This document shows positions 1 through 11,300 of a stretch of DNA of 64,000 nucleotides, piece after piece. The stretch lies in the sequence record MN871444.1; one strand, 5' to 3'. The notes beneath the pieces are model-generated. The model made no database searches and was not told the DNA's origin. It worked only from the letters and a program-made list of their open reading frames with translations. The position numbers and the translations under genes are program-made. The first letter of the stretch is position 1. Each line of letters starts with the position of its first letter.

Positions 1-82
1 ATCGGAGCGAAAATTTTATATTGAGATAAACGTCTATCCTTTCAGACTCAGTGAAGATGCATGCAGGTCAATTGCAAATGCA

Positions 83-454
83 GTGGCCATTTATTTGGAT
101 ACTCAACTTTACATCGAAACGGTATCGTATTCCCCGACCCAACTCACCCCCAGTTTGGTTCGCGATACTTATAGTGACGTGGTGCTCTATGATTTCAATG
201 AGTGGTATGTCGCAAACCACTTAACTATCCCGGGTATTTTTATGCCGGAGGTTAGATTTTATACTCCCGCAATCGCCAGGGGTAAACGGGTTAGTGAGAT
301 GGACCAAGATATTCTGAGGGAAGTGGTTGATGTCACGGGGTCGTTAAATCCATTTGAAGTGGCCATGTATGAGTTATCCGATAACTTATCCCTGAGATAC
401 GAAGATACTCGTTTCTTTACAATAGAAACGGCGTCCAAGCCAGTTGGGGCATAA
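83..454 (+). CDS. hypothetical protein (123 aa)
   Basis: ORF with GTG start, ending at a GC-rich hairpin (454-475); no motif recognised. Confidence 0.6.
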   Translation: MAIYLDTQLYIETVSYSPTQLTPSLVRDTYSDVVLYDFNEWYVANHLTIPGIFMPEVRFYTPAIARGKRVSEMDQDILREVVDVTGSLNPFEVAMYELSDNLSLRYEDTRFFTIETASKPVGA

Positions 455-475
455 GAGAGGGCAATTGCCCTCTCT
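454..475. terminator. bidirectional intrinsic terminator between convergent genes
   Basis: AGAGAGGGC-aatt-GCCCTCTCT perfect 9-bp stem, preceded by GGCATA like other members of the hairpin family. Confidence 0.75.
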
Positions 476-476
476 A

Positions 477-884
477 TTAGGAACGCGGGGTAAGATCCAT
501 TTCACCTTCCGGAATATCGAGGTTTGGAAGTTGAGTTAAATCTGGGGTAGGTGCTTTCTCTGGATTAGGTGCTGCAGATTTGTCTTCGAATGGGTTACCA
601 CCACCCAGCCCAGCAGCGAACTTGGCAATTTCTCGAGCCAACTGTTCATTTGCACTGACGCCTTGCTTATCGATATCGAGCCGCATTTTGGTCAGTTCTT
701 GTTTGCTCATATCACCAAGTAGTTTGATAAGCAATGCCTGCTCTTTTGTGTCGGTAGGCATCTTGCCAGAAAACAGATAACTGGTGATTAATTGCCGCTG
801 AATATTCTCAGCAAAAGCCAATGTATTGGTGGTTTCTGGGAGGGTTATAGTCATGCTTGGGTGGACAGATTCTTGTTCGGCCAT
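477..884 (-). CDS. hypothetical protein (135 aa, MAEQESVHP...)
   Basis: AAGGAG RBS (reverse complement of 895-900) upstream of ATG at 884; the ORF-track start at 953 looks over-extended. Confidence 0.7.
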   Translation of the reverse strand: MAEQESVHPSMTITLPETTNTLAFAENIQRQLITSYLFSGKMPTDTKEQALLIKLLGDMSKQELTKMRLDIDKQGVSANEQLAREIAKFAAGLGGGNPFEDKSAAPNPEKAPTPDLTQLPNLDIPEGEMDLTPRS

Positions 885-931
885 AATGGAGGAACTCCTT
901 ATAGAAAATAGGGTCTCTACACTATTACCCG

Positions 932-963
932 TACATACTAAAATAATTAACATCTATATTACT
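932..963 (+). promoter_or_regulatory. putative early (virion RNAP) promoter, TATATTAC core at 955-962
   Basis: Contains the phiKZ early consensus TATTAC with an A-rich upstream tract; the same core recurs at 21966, 24262, 26652 and 43181. Confidence 0.6.
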
Positions 964-998
964 ATTTGGATTGATTCATAGCGTATTGGGACAACATC

Positions 999-1514
999 AT
1001 GTTACGTTGGATATGCCGATATAAACTGCGGAACATTCGTAATAAACATCAACGATTGGAAGCCCTAGAAAGAACCTGGGCTATCGCAGAAGATTACGAC
1101 CGCTGGATAAAAATGCCTAATATTATCCAGGCATTTCCAAAAGGCACCATTGTACGTAATGAATTCATTACGGCATTTAAAAATGCGGTGCATTATCATG
1201 ATGCATTACTTCGTTGCCTGGACCGCATAAGTGCACGCGATTATATTGATATCGATGACAAGGTTTCAAAAACAAACAAGTATATTTTTGATGATTGGGT
1301 CGTGGATAATCGGGGTTACGATGTGGATGTTGAACAATTCATCCGCATTATTTTCCCTGCCATCCATGAGGTCATTATAAACATAGAAGCTTGTAGGTTG
1401 TCTAGACAAGATCTCTATGACTACTATCGAAACCAGCTCCGGTCTTATCTAGAGACCTATATTCACCTTGTCGATTTGGGGATGGAGTTGTATCTTACTG
1501 GAGTACAGCGATGA
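999..1514 (+). CDS. hypothetical protein (171 aa)
   Basis: ORF downstream of the putative early promoter; overlaps the next gene by ATGA. Confidence 0.7.
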   Translation: MLRWICRYKLRNIRNKHQRLEALERTWAIAEDYDRWIKMPNIIQAFPKGTIVRNEFITAFKNAVHYHDALLRCLDRISARDYIDIDDKVSKTNKYIFDDWVVDNRGYDVDVEQFIRIIFPAIHEVIINIEACRLSRQDLYDYYRNQLRSYLETYIHLVDLGMELYLTGVQR

Positions 1515-2038
1515 CTCAGAATAAAAAATCTTCTGATGCAGAAATACAAAATGTGTTGAATACCGTTAATAGCGGGTTTGAAACCAGCGGCAAACAAGTT
1601 GGTGTGCTGGCCGGATTATTTCGGCAACTGTGCAACGTCATGTCTGTCAGGGCATTTGCTTGGGCCTCCTTGATGGAGATGTATCTCAGTAACCCAGCTA
1701 ATGGCATCCCCCAAAACTCGAAAGACCGAGCTACCGCTCGCGGCAATCTGACCAAAGAACTTTTGCGGGAACACATGAGTTGGAAAGTGTTTCTAAAGGC
1801 GGTCAGGTTTTTGGGTGCGATCAGGGCTGAGTTCACCATTAAGATTTGGGTCACGCCGACCAAGGTGCATGAAGCCACGGTAACCATTGTGGAACGTATG
1901 CCGCGGGAACGCATTAAGCAACATGAAGAAGCCCAGCGTAACATCGAAGAAAACCATTCTGGGTTGAATGTCCCGTTGTTCGACGACAATCAACGTAGAG
2001 TATTGAGGCGCAAGCCGCGCAACAGTCAAACAGAATGA
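1511..2038 (+). CDS. hypothetical protein (175 aa)
   Basis: ATGA overlap with the upstream gene; GGAG upstream. Confidence 0.7.
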   Translation: MTQNKKSSDAEIQNVLNTVNSGFETSGKQVGVLAGLFRQLCNVMSVRAFAWASLMEMYLSNPANGIPQNSKDRATARGNLTKELLREHMSWKVFLKAVRFLGAIRAEFTIKIWVTPTKVHEATVTIVERMPRERIKQHEEAQRNIEENHSGLNVPLFDDNQRRVLRRKPRNSQTE

Positions 2039-2101
2039 TGTGGAATGGTGGGTGCTTAGGCACCCACAACACATCACTTTTTTATTTTTTTGAGGTTTAC
2101 C

Positions 2102-3196
2102 ATGGCGCAAAAAATAGCTTCCAGCGTATTTGCTGGCGCACCGACAGATACATTGTCCGTTGCTGATGTCTACCTCACCCCGACCGTAGACTTATTAACC
2201 AGTTTAGCCAGCACCCTGAGTAGTGTATTGGACAGCGTTTTTAACTCCATCCGTACCGCTGGGTTGGATTTATCTGAACTTGCTGAACTGTTAAAATCAC
2301 TGATACCGACATCCAGCTCTTCATCAAGCTCTTCATCCAGCTCAACGGTGGCATCGTCTACCACGACTACAACTGAAGCGATATCCCGCTTAAGTTCGGC
2401 GTTGGGTGTCAACGTATCGGCGATTAGCGATCTTCCAGAGGAAGTTAAAAATCAAGCAGTTGCTAATCTGATTTCATTGTCGGGAATCAACGTATCTACT
2501 CTAGGTACTATTACCGGCGATAGAATCAACGTTACGTCCGGTACCAGCGCCCAAAACGCTAACGGTATCATTAACGGGATTAATGCCGTCCTGGGAGACA
2601 CGACTACTGCAGTACCGACCGTGGTCGATGGCGTCGCGTTACAGGCGTTTCTATTATCTCTTTACAACTATGCCGTTGATTATGGCTTGTCTGATGCTGC
2701 AGGTACAGCAGCATCCGCACTAAATCAATCTGCTGCTGATACGGACACCGCATCAGATATCGTTACTGCGATGGTATCTAAATTCCCAACCGCCGTGGGA
2801 AATAGCGATCTTGATACCATGCAAACCATTTTAAATAATACCACTCCCGGAGCGGTGGTTGCGAAATACCCAAGCGCAGTAAATGACATCATTTCCACCT
2901 ACACGTTAGACCCATCCATTTCAGTCAGTGAATACCCATCGGTACTCACCAAAATGACAAATGTATTAGGGACCATTAATTCTACTTGGTCTACTGATAC
3001 TCGTGATGGCGTCACCGTAAATTCATTGTCTCCGTTTGATGGGTTATCTGATGGGGCTGCTGCTTTATTCGCCACATCGGAAGAACATCAGGCTACTGCG
3101 TTACTGGCACAAACCTATTCTTCGGCCAATACCGTAGAACTGCTGAGACAGTTTTATCCAAATATTGCTTTACGTAGTTCAACAGTACGCGCATAA
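2102..3196 (+). CDS. Ser/Thr-rich protein, possibly virion-associated (364 aa)
   Basis: GAGG RBS before ATG 2102; poly-Ser/Thr tract; ends in a terminator; adjacent to tail genes. Confidence 0.6.
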   Translation: MAQKIASSVFAGAPTDTLSVADVYLTPTVDLLTSLASTLSSVLDSVFNSIRTAGLDLSELAELLKSLIPTSSSSSSSSSSSTVASSTTTTTEAISRLSSALGVNVSAISDLPEEVKNQAVANLISLSGINVSTLGTITGDRINVTSGTSAQNANGIINGINAVLGDTTTAVPTVVDGVALQAFLLSLYNYAVDYGLSDAAGTAASALNQSAADTDTASDIVTAMVSKFPTAVGNSDLDTMQTILNNTTPGAVVAKYPSAVNDIISTYTLDPSISVSEYPSVLTKMTNVLGTINSTWSTDTRDGVTVNSLSPFDGLSDGAAALFATSEEHQATALLAQTYSSANTVELLRQFYPNIALRSSTVRA

Positions 3197-3230
3197 AAGG
3201 GAGGGCGAAAGCCCTCCCAATATGTTGTTA
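3191..3230. terminator. bidirectional terminator, dispersed repeat family member
   Basis: GCATAAAA-GGGAGGGC-gaaa-GCCCTCCC-AATATGTTGTTA between convergent genes. Confidence 0.85.
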
Positions 3231-5354
3231 GTTTTTGTTTGATTGTCTGGACAAAGCCTGTATAAATCGACCAGGTATATTGTTGAATGCAGCAGTAGCA
3301 AAATGAGCTACCGAGAAGTAACTGTCAAAATCCAACTGCGCATTCTTCCATCTACGAGACAGGGTTTCAAACTTATACGTTCTGTCTGCCAGGGATACCG
3401 ACGACAACGTGGCAAGATAATCGGAATACGTGGTATCATCACCGAAGAAATAGCGTAAAGTGTTATCGATAGTTTCTAGTGGGTTTAGTGATGCCGCTGA
3501 CATTAAGCCCTGCACGATAGGCATGTGCATGATGCTGGATAAATCTGCGACAGAAAAACTCACATCGATACCCAGAGGCTCACCGTTCTGGGTCCACCCT
3601 ACGTTACCAACCCCACGAGTAATTTCCAATGAATCGATTACGCCATAACGGACCTGCTGGCGACCCTGATAGAATAACTCGCACATGAAAGGCCGGTCAT
3701 ATGACGATGGTCCTGTAGAACGTGGCAAAGCACCACACAGCAGACCCGCCAACGGAACGAACAGATTTTGGAATCTAGAGTACTTGTCCCCAGACCACGA
3801 CCGTAATTGAATCTGGAAATTGGCTTTCGGCAAATTGACGATAGTCGATTCCCAATCTTTAGGTAAATCTGCTAACCCGTTACCTATCAACACCCCTAGA
3901 CCACCAACACCTATAGCTGAAGCACCGCCCTGGATAAAATCACCTACCGCGCCGACTATGCCTTCTATGGTGTTTGCAATCGCCCCGTCACCTATATTGC
4001 CCCCAGCGACGTTAAATTGGAATTTACGCTTAGCTGAGGATGCTGAGTTAATGGCTGAAGCCAAACCGGATTCAGACACGGAGGTCGATATCGATTCTGA
4101 AATGGTACCGATATTTTCGACTCTATAGGTAATCCATGCCGAACCTTCACGAGCCTCAGCCTGCAGATGCTCAAATACCCCACGCACCCCAGAACCAACA
4201 TCGGGGTCTGCTGTGGTTGTTGATTGTCCGCCCCACCACGACCCAGCCTGTTCTGGAGCTTCATTGGTCGCAGTATTCTGTTCTCCTGGCTTGGTGCCCG
4301 TCGTAGCAGCCGTAGTACCTGCCGAATCCGTGGAGAAGTTAGTGCCTGACGTAGAGGTGCTACTGGTTGATATGTTGGCTGTCTCGGCCCCTTCAGCACC
4401 CATGTTGGTATTTAAATAATCCTCAACATAGGCTTGCAGAGTCCTCGAACTACTCACCCCATCAGTTAAATCTATCTTGGTGGTTCCCTCATCAATTGAT
4501 TTAAGTTTGCTGTTTAAATCTGACGTTGATGACGCCGAATCCAGCACTTCACCCATTTTGCGATAATACCGGTCAGCGTACATCTGGGCTCTACGTGAAA
4601 CCGCATAGATGTTAACTCCAGCATATCCCTCACCTGTGGATGTCCAGTTTTGTGGCAGCATTCTTTTGACGATGTCGTTTTGCGCCGTTGGGATATAACT
4701 TGTATTTTGCGCGCTCTGTGCGGCAGACAAGTTATCATAGCGGTCCATCTGTGGTGCTAGGGCAATACCTATATTTGCTGCCAACGTGTTTAGCATCGCC
4801 TGGTATGCATTCCAATACAGAGGCATCGTTGGTTTTAAATAAGCAAATTTAGATGCAGGCGCCCCTACCCAGTAACGAATTAATCCTGCGGCCGTATTAA
4901 TTAACTGGACGGGCAAAGATAATACTGACGCTGTGAAATATCCCAATTTCCACATCAATCCTTTATCACGCCCTTTCCTGACCAGGGAGCTTAAATTGGC
5001 ATCGTAGAATGAACCGAAGAATCCGGTGAGTGAGTTATACTCAGGCACACCAAACCGTAAATGAACGCGCTGTTGGTTATCGTCAAATACTTCAGAATAA
5101 AATCTACCTTGCCCATTACCTATACCGAAAAGATTTTTTACCTTACGATCGGCGTAACGGGTAAACTGCGGGAGAGGGTTAATAACCAAGGCTTCACCAA
5201 GCCCCGTCGCAGTATATTTCCATTTTGCGGTAGTATAAAAACGCCGCTTTGCATCTTCCTCAGCTATGGCTTTTTTGGGGAGCATGAAGCTCTGACGAAT
5301 CCAGTCGGAATCCGAATAATTAAGCAAAGACGACGCGCTGCTGGTACTTGCCAT
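3228..5354 (-). CDS. virion structural (tail/baseplate) protein, syntenic with phiKZ gp182/SPN3US gp238 (708 aa)
   Basis: Long ORF directly downstream of the tape-measure transglycosylase, as in phiKZ-like phages; assignment by synteny only. Confidence 0.6.
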   Translation of the reverse strand: MASTSSASSLLNYSDSDWIRQSFMLPKKAIAEEDAKRRFYTTAKWKYTATGLGEALVINPLPQFTRYADRKVKNLFGIGNGQGRFYSEVFDDNQQRVHLRFGVPEYNSLTGFFGSFYDANLSSLVRKGRDKGLMWKLGYFTASVLSLPVQLINTAAGLIRYWVGAPASKFAYLKPTMPLYWNAYQAMLNTLAANIGIALAPQMDRYDNLSAAQSAQNTSYIPTAQNDIVKRMLPQNWTSTGEGYAGVNIYAVSRRAQMYADRYYRKMGEVLDSASSTSDLNSKLKSIDEGTTKIDLTDGVSSSRTLQAYVEDYLNTNMGAEGAETANISTSSTSTSGTNFSTDSAGTTAATTGTKPGEQNTATNEAPEQAGSWWGGQSTTTADPDVGSGVRGVFEHLQAEAREGSAWITYRVENIGTISESISTSVSESGLASAINSASSAKRKFQFNVAGGNIGDGAIANTIEGIVGAVGDFIQGGASAIGVGGLGVLIGNGLADLPKDWESTIVNLPKANFQIQLRSWSGDKYSRFQNLFVPLAGLLCGALPRSTGPSSYDRPFMCELFYQGRQQVRYGVIDSLEITRGVGNVGWTQNGEPLGIDVSFSVADLSSIMHMPIVQGLMSAASLNPLETIDNTLRYFFGDDTTYSDYLATLSSVSLADRTYKFETLSRRWKNAQLDFDSYFSVAHFATAAFNNIPGRFIQALSRQSNKN

Positions 5355-5373
5355 GATTGAGCCTCACGTTAGT

Positions 5374-5397
5374 TGGAGGGCGGGTTCCCGCCCTCCA
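5374..5397. other. 10-bp GC-rich intergenic hairpin without a U-tract
   Basis: TGGAGGGCGG-gttc-CCGCCCTCCA between two co-oriented minus-strand genes; may be an RNA stability or processing element. Confidence 0.5.
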
Positions 5398-5399
5398 GG

Positions 5400-8300
5400 T
5401 TATTTACTGGCTGTTCTTTTCATTGAAACCGGGTAGGATAACTTCCCAACCCCAGGGTCACTTTGCCGTGCTGCTTGACTCTGTGCCGCCGCTGGATTGT
5501 TGGAATCGTTTCCACCACCACCAAGACCGCCAGGATTATCAGCAAACATTTTTAGCAATTGCTTTAATGATTCTGACATTTCTTGCTGAACTGCCAGCTG
5601 CTGTTTACTAACATCTAACAGATCGTTAGATGCAGTCATCCGAGAAGTGGCGGCATCATCATTCGCTTTAGCCTGTGTTGCAGCTGCAGCTGGTTGAGAC
5701 GGCACCCCGCTTGGTGCAGGCATTGGTGTGGTGGTTCCTGCAGATGATTGTGTTTTCGGTTGGGCTGTAGGAGTATCCATACTTCCCACATTACTGACCC
5801 CCGCCGCTGCAGCTTGGTCCAGAGTATTCTGGTAAGCTGCTGAACCGTCATCTGAAGAGGTTCGACCGCCGCCTGGCGCAGCCATCGAAGTGACCGCACC
5901 ACTAGAACTGGTCGTAGTCCCAGGCCCCGAGTTCTGAGTCCCTCCGTCTGGGTCATTAGCCGCAGCAGGAGTAGAAGACCCACTGGCCAGTGTTTTGGCT
6001 TCAGAAATATATTTGCCGTTGTCTACCTCAATCCGTTTGTTAGCCCAAGAAACGATTTCACCCACAGTTCTTGGTCTTCCGCCGGCATAGAACACCGTGG
6101 CGTTAGCTTTGGCCTGGTCTGGAGTTACATGCATGATTGCAGAATCACCAGATGGAGCAGACAGTAATTTCACCGCTCCACCACTTCCTAAGAAGTGAGC
6201 CAAATACAAATCGGTTGCTGTGACTTTACGGCCAAGCTTACCTTCCAGATAGGCTTGGTTTTCCTTCATGTATTCCGCAGCCATCAACGCATTAGCTCTC
6301 GGGTCATTTGGTGACGCATTAGCCGGTATCCCATATTTAGAACCATATTTGGATACCATTGCTTTCCAAGTGGACGAGATAAACTGGTACAGCCCCTGAG
6401 CTGAACTGGTTCCTGGGGTTGCAACAGGGTTGAAGTTAGACTCTACCCCAGCCATTGCGGCCATCAGTCCTGGGTCTACCCCGGTCATTTTGGCTGCGGC
6501 TACAATGGTAGCCTTCATGGCATCCCACCCTTTGCCTGACGGCGCAGGAATGTCTTTTACGCTACCCCCAGTACCTTGCCCATACTCAACCGCAGAACCC
6601 ATCCCGCCAACAGGACTACCGCCACCCAGACGACCCCCCGGATACATGCCAGAACGGTCAATACCGCCAGGTAAGTCATTACCACCACCCATTCCATAAG
6701 TGATAGGTGCCCCACTCCGATTGTTGCTACCGCCATTATAACCCGCTGCTGCCAGGTTACTGCTACTGGTACCACCACCAGAACTACTTCGTCCAGTGAC
6801 CTGATTTTCCTTATAGACGTCATCACGGATTTGGTTACGTAATGACAGTAAGTTCTGGTCAATGGTGGAAACATCCGTGTTGGCTTCGATGCCAATAAAT
6901 GGAGATATTTTAACCAACCATACGGAAATAGGTCTTTCGCTGGAGTCTTTGTACGTCACCCCTTTCAACAGTTCACAAATACCCAGCATATCAGATGCTT
7001 TCAGGTATTTCCAGGCCATGCCTGGCGCCATGGCGCGGTTAACCGCAAAGCACGCAGACACGAACTGAGAATAGACCGGTAAGAAACGTTGGTTAAACCA
7101 AACTAACCAGTCTTGCTTCTGCTGAGGATCGGCAGGATTTCTACCAAAGATGCCCGCATTAGCGGCGTAGATTTCTTCAGGTGAAACGGAAAGAGTAACT
7201 TCCCCTTTACCACTCACTTTCAGATAATCATAAACATGCATTTCTAATGTGGTCAGGGCGTTAACCATGTTGACGTCAAGCGTTGTTAATCCGTATACTT
7301 TCATACGGACCGCGGTCAAGTCATCAATCATTCGGTTATTTTGCGGAGACCAATCTTTCACCGTAATGCGAGAATCAAAACTCCCACCCGCAGTACCCGG
7401 TGACAGATAGACATCAGTTGATTTTTCAAATTTACCCGCAGGTTGAGGTGCCGGGCCTTTCGGCTTGGCTGCCTCTGGTGTACGCATCCAAGGAGGAGCC
7501 GCAGCATTAATCATGTTTTGGGTAGCGGCTGATTGTGGTGTTTTATATTCATCTGCCTTGTACTTAGGAATAACCCTTTTCCATTTGAAACGAATATCAG
7601 CAATCTCAGCATCGATAATTTTGGTTCCTGTGGTCAGCGGGGTATCGCCCCAGGGCTGCCCACTGTAACCGTAAGGGCTATTGGGGTCACCATCATTAAA
7701 TCGAGTGGCTTCAGCGAAATCAACTCGTTTACCTTTCTCCAGTTTATCGTCAACTTCCAATAAATTGACGTTAGGTTCGATTTGACTCAGAACACCAACA
7801 CTACGCAAGAACACTGGACGGAAACGAGCCATGTACCATTCAGTGAATTTACGTTGCTCAGTGGGGTCACTGCTAACCTGGGCGCGTTTCAGCAATTCTT
7901 CCGGTCTGAACTTGCCGATTGATGCTTTCCCGGCAGACGCAGTAGTGTACTGCAATAAGAACCCTTCGATTTCCAATACGCGTTTCAGGTCGCTCGCACT
8001 GCCTGGGTCAAACCCATATTCAGCAAGCCGCAACCTCTGCAATGGCTCTGGGCGTTCTTTGAAGTACTTATAGGTAAAGTACCCTGCAGCACCTACCGCG
8101 GCGGCACCGGCGACTACAGCAACAACTGGCGCACTGATTACCGCACCGATGGCCGCAAGGCCTTCACCCAGCATCGGCAGTAGTGCTGCACCACCAAATC
8201 GAGCCGCAGCCATTGCTCCTCGACCCAGGAGTTTACCACCTTTTACTGCTACCCTAGCTGCTTTACGCAACAGCCCACCTTTACCACCACCCGCAGCATC

Positions 8301-11300
8301 GCCCAATGTACCTGCTACATCCAGCGCAGCATCTACGGCTTTATTGGCGAACAGTGAGGTCAGCTTCCCTTTCAACCATGCAAACCCCGACATTACCGCA
8401 CCACCAAACATCATCATGTATTTCAATAGTGGGTTAGTATCGGAAGCTTTTTCAATATCCCTTTTGACCTCTTTCGGTGACTTACGGCGATTGGCTAATT
8501 GTTCTTGCCAGGAACCTTTGCGGAAGGATTTCTCTCCGGGCAGTCTATCATCCAATAAATGGTAGATGGCTTCCAGCCCAGAAACAATGGTGGATACCCC
8601 GTTACCATTCATCCCCATAGATGACGAGAAGTTAATACCTTTGGTGACGGCATTCCATCCGGCCGAAAGAAGGCGTTTGGCTCCACGTCCTACCGATTTG
8701 GTTTTCTCCCAAACATAACTACCGGCTTTCCGTGCCAGGTTTAGTGCACCCCCCACTAGGCCGAATGCCGAACCCACCATTCTCAGTAGTTTCCCACCAA
8801 GACCCGTTATCTGCCTTCCTTTGTTATCGACCAACCCTTTACTGATGTCATCGTTAGACAACAACAGGTTCCCTTGATTGTCAATAACTTCACCGTCGAT
8901 ATCGGAGGGTTTGTTGATTATCCGTAGGGTACTTTTAGAACGATACCCTCCCCGACGCATTACGATAGCGAGTAATCGCGGAGTATCCTCGCCCTTGACG
9001 TAAACATCTTCAGGGCCGGCAATCAGGTTACCCGCAATGCCGAGTGCACCACCCACCAAAGCTTTCGTCGCGCGCACCACGTGAAGAGGCATTTCAACAT
9101 ACGCTTTTATGCCTTTACCCACTGCACCGATAACGGTCCGCAATAGACCCGATGGAATGACTTTCCCCCCGGTAGTCAAAAGGCCATTTTTGATATCCTC
9201 TAAAGTCAGTACTACCTTACCTGAGGAATCAATAACCGCGCCTTTGATGTCCGAGAATTTCTTGATGACTTCACCGGTTGCAAAATCACGATATTCCCCG
9301 GCCCGCATTTTAGCCGCAGTTAGTGCAGGTTCCACCTGCCCCTTCACATAAACGTCAAAGAGTTCCTGGGTTCGACCAAACAGGGATGACCCCAGACCCA
9401 AAGCTCCTCGACCTATGCCGCCCAGCAATTGGCCATAGCCTCGCATGGTGCGTTTACCGAGGCGCCATGCACCACGCACACCACGACGTAAAATACCACC
9501 GAACCCGAATCGCGATCCACTACCACTACCGCCATTTCCTGGGTCGCCTGGGTTTCCACCCATACCCCCTGATTCTACAGCCACGGCAATGCGGTTCAGT
9601 AATTCTAATTGCTGGCTGTCTGCATCTGAAGTTGGACTGTTACGTAACAGAGCATCCAAATTAGCAAACTGATCGGTGAGGAAACTAATCAGTTTATCGT
9701 TGGGGTTGATTGTGCTATCACCTGCACCAGATGGTGGTACTGGTGGTGTTGGGTTGCCCCCACCAAACCGAGTATCCTTTCTGGGACCTCCACCTGGAGC
9801 ATTCTTACGAATACCCTGGATGATTGGATTCCAGCCCCCACCCGATAAATGCTGTTGGATAAAATCGTAGTTAATGATGTCTTTGGTGGGATCTTTAGGG
9901 TCTCGAACAATAACCCCCAGTGCCCGTAAATCTTCAATGTTGCCGGAAGCAATCATCCGATGGATGGTTCCATATACGTCAGGCATGCTGTCACGTAGCG
10001 CACTAAAACTAGACCTATCCAAGGTCATCTGATTATAATGCTTAGCCTCAGAGATGCGATTGCCAGCCGAATCGAATCCATAACGCCCACCCATAAAGGA
10101 AGACAATTCACGTTGGATTTCTGGAGTGCTATTAAAGTTTACGCGACCTGTAGCCAACCGTTCAGGGTTGAAGCTATTCCCTGCGTCGGCTTCACGTATC
10201 AGCGTGGTCCGGAGTGCCTGTCTGGCGGCTGGGCTGAGTTTACCTTCCGGGTCCATCCGGTTAATCATGGCATCGGCGGTAGAATTAATCGATTTGACCT
10301 TATCCCGATTAAGTATCTGGTACCCAGTTTCTCTAATCCGAGTAGATTGAGATTGGAAAGTTTTACGATCGTTGTTCCAAACCAACCGACCAACTTCCCT
10401 ACCGGTACGGGAGGATTCCATAGATTGCAGCATGCGAGATAAGTAACCCAGAACCCCTTCCTGATAAGAAGCAGTTCTGGTGGACTCCCCACCTAAACCA
10501 ATTCCCAGTTGGGCCAACGGGTCGTCATTCATGCTGAGCTTTCTATCGCGCTCAAATGGGTTGGGTAACACGGCACGAAGTAATTGCTTCAACGTCCCGG
10601 CAGCACCTGTGTCAAAACTACGGTCATTTTTCAGGTCAGCTAGAGTCTCCGACAAATTGCCAGCATAGTAGCCGGATTTTGCCGCAGCATTAGCTACCCG
10701 ACGATTACTATTTAACCGACGGTTAAGGAATCCACCCAGTTTACGTCCAGCCGCCTCAGCACCGAACCTACCAGCCAATCCGGCCAATCCCAGGTCTTCC
10801 TGACCTAGCATTTCATTCATTTCTTGCTGACTAGCGTAGGCTTCTAAACCCATGCTGGCCGCAGACAGCCCGGTGATAAACTGGTCTTTAACGTTGTTAA
10901 CAACTTTACCGATGTTATCGAAGGTATTATCGATGTAGTTGCGGAAATAGTTACCTACCCCCTGCTGCACACGACCAAATGTGCGTTGACGGGCCATGTT
11001 GATGAATTGTTCGCTCGCCTGCATTTTCAAAATGTCGGGAAGCGCGGTATTCTTGACGATGGCGTCTAACTGGGTATGTGTATCTTTGGCGTAGGCTTCA
11101 ATCGCAGCTAAGGTATCGCGTTGAGTAAAGTACTGGCGATATTGAATCTCCAGCATTTTACGTTGGTACTTATTGGTCACATAACGCTGATAACCCGCCA
11201 TTGAAGAAACTGCGTCAGCAATCACAGATGTTTGAGACATGCTGTCTTGATGGCGCTTCTCTTCGGTACGATCTTTTAACTGCTGTTTGGCCGCATCTTG

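Noticed and set aside
2311-2375. Tandem repeat or contingency locus in the poly-Ser/Thr tract
   Set aside because: Codons are mixed (tcc, agc, tct, tca), so it is protein low complexity rather than a slippage repeat
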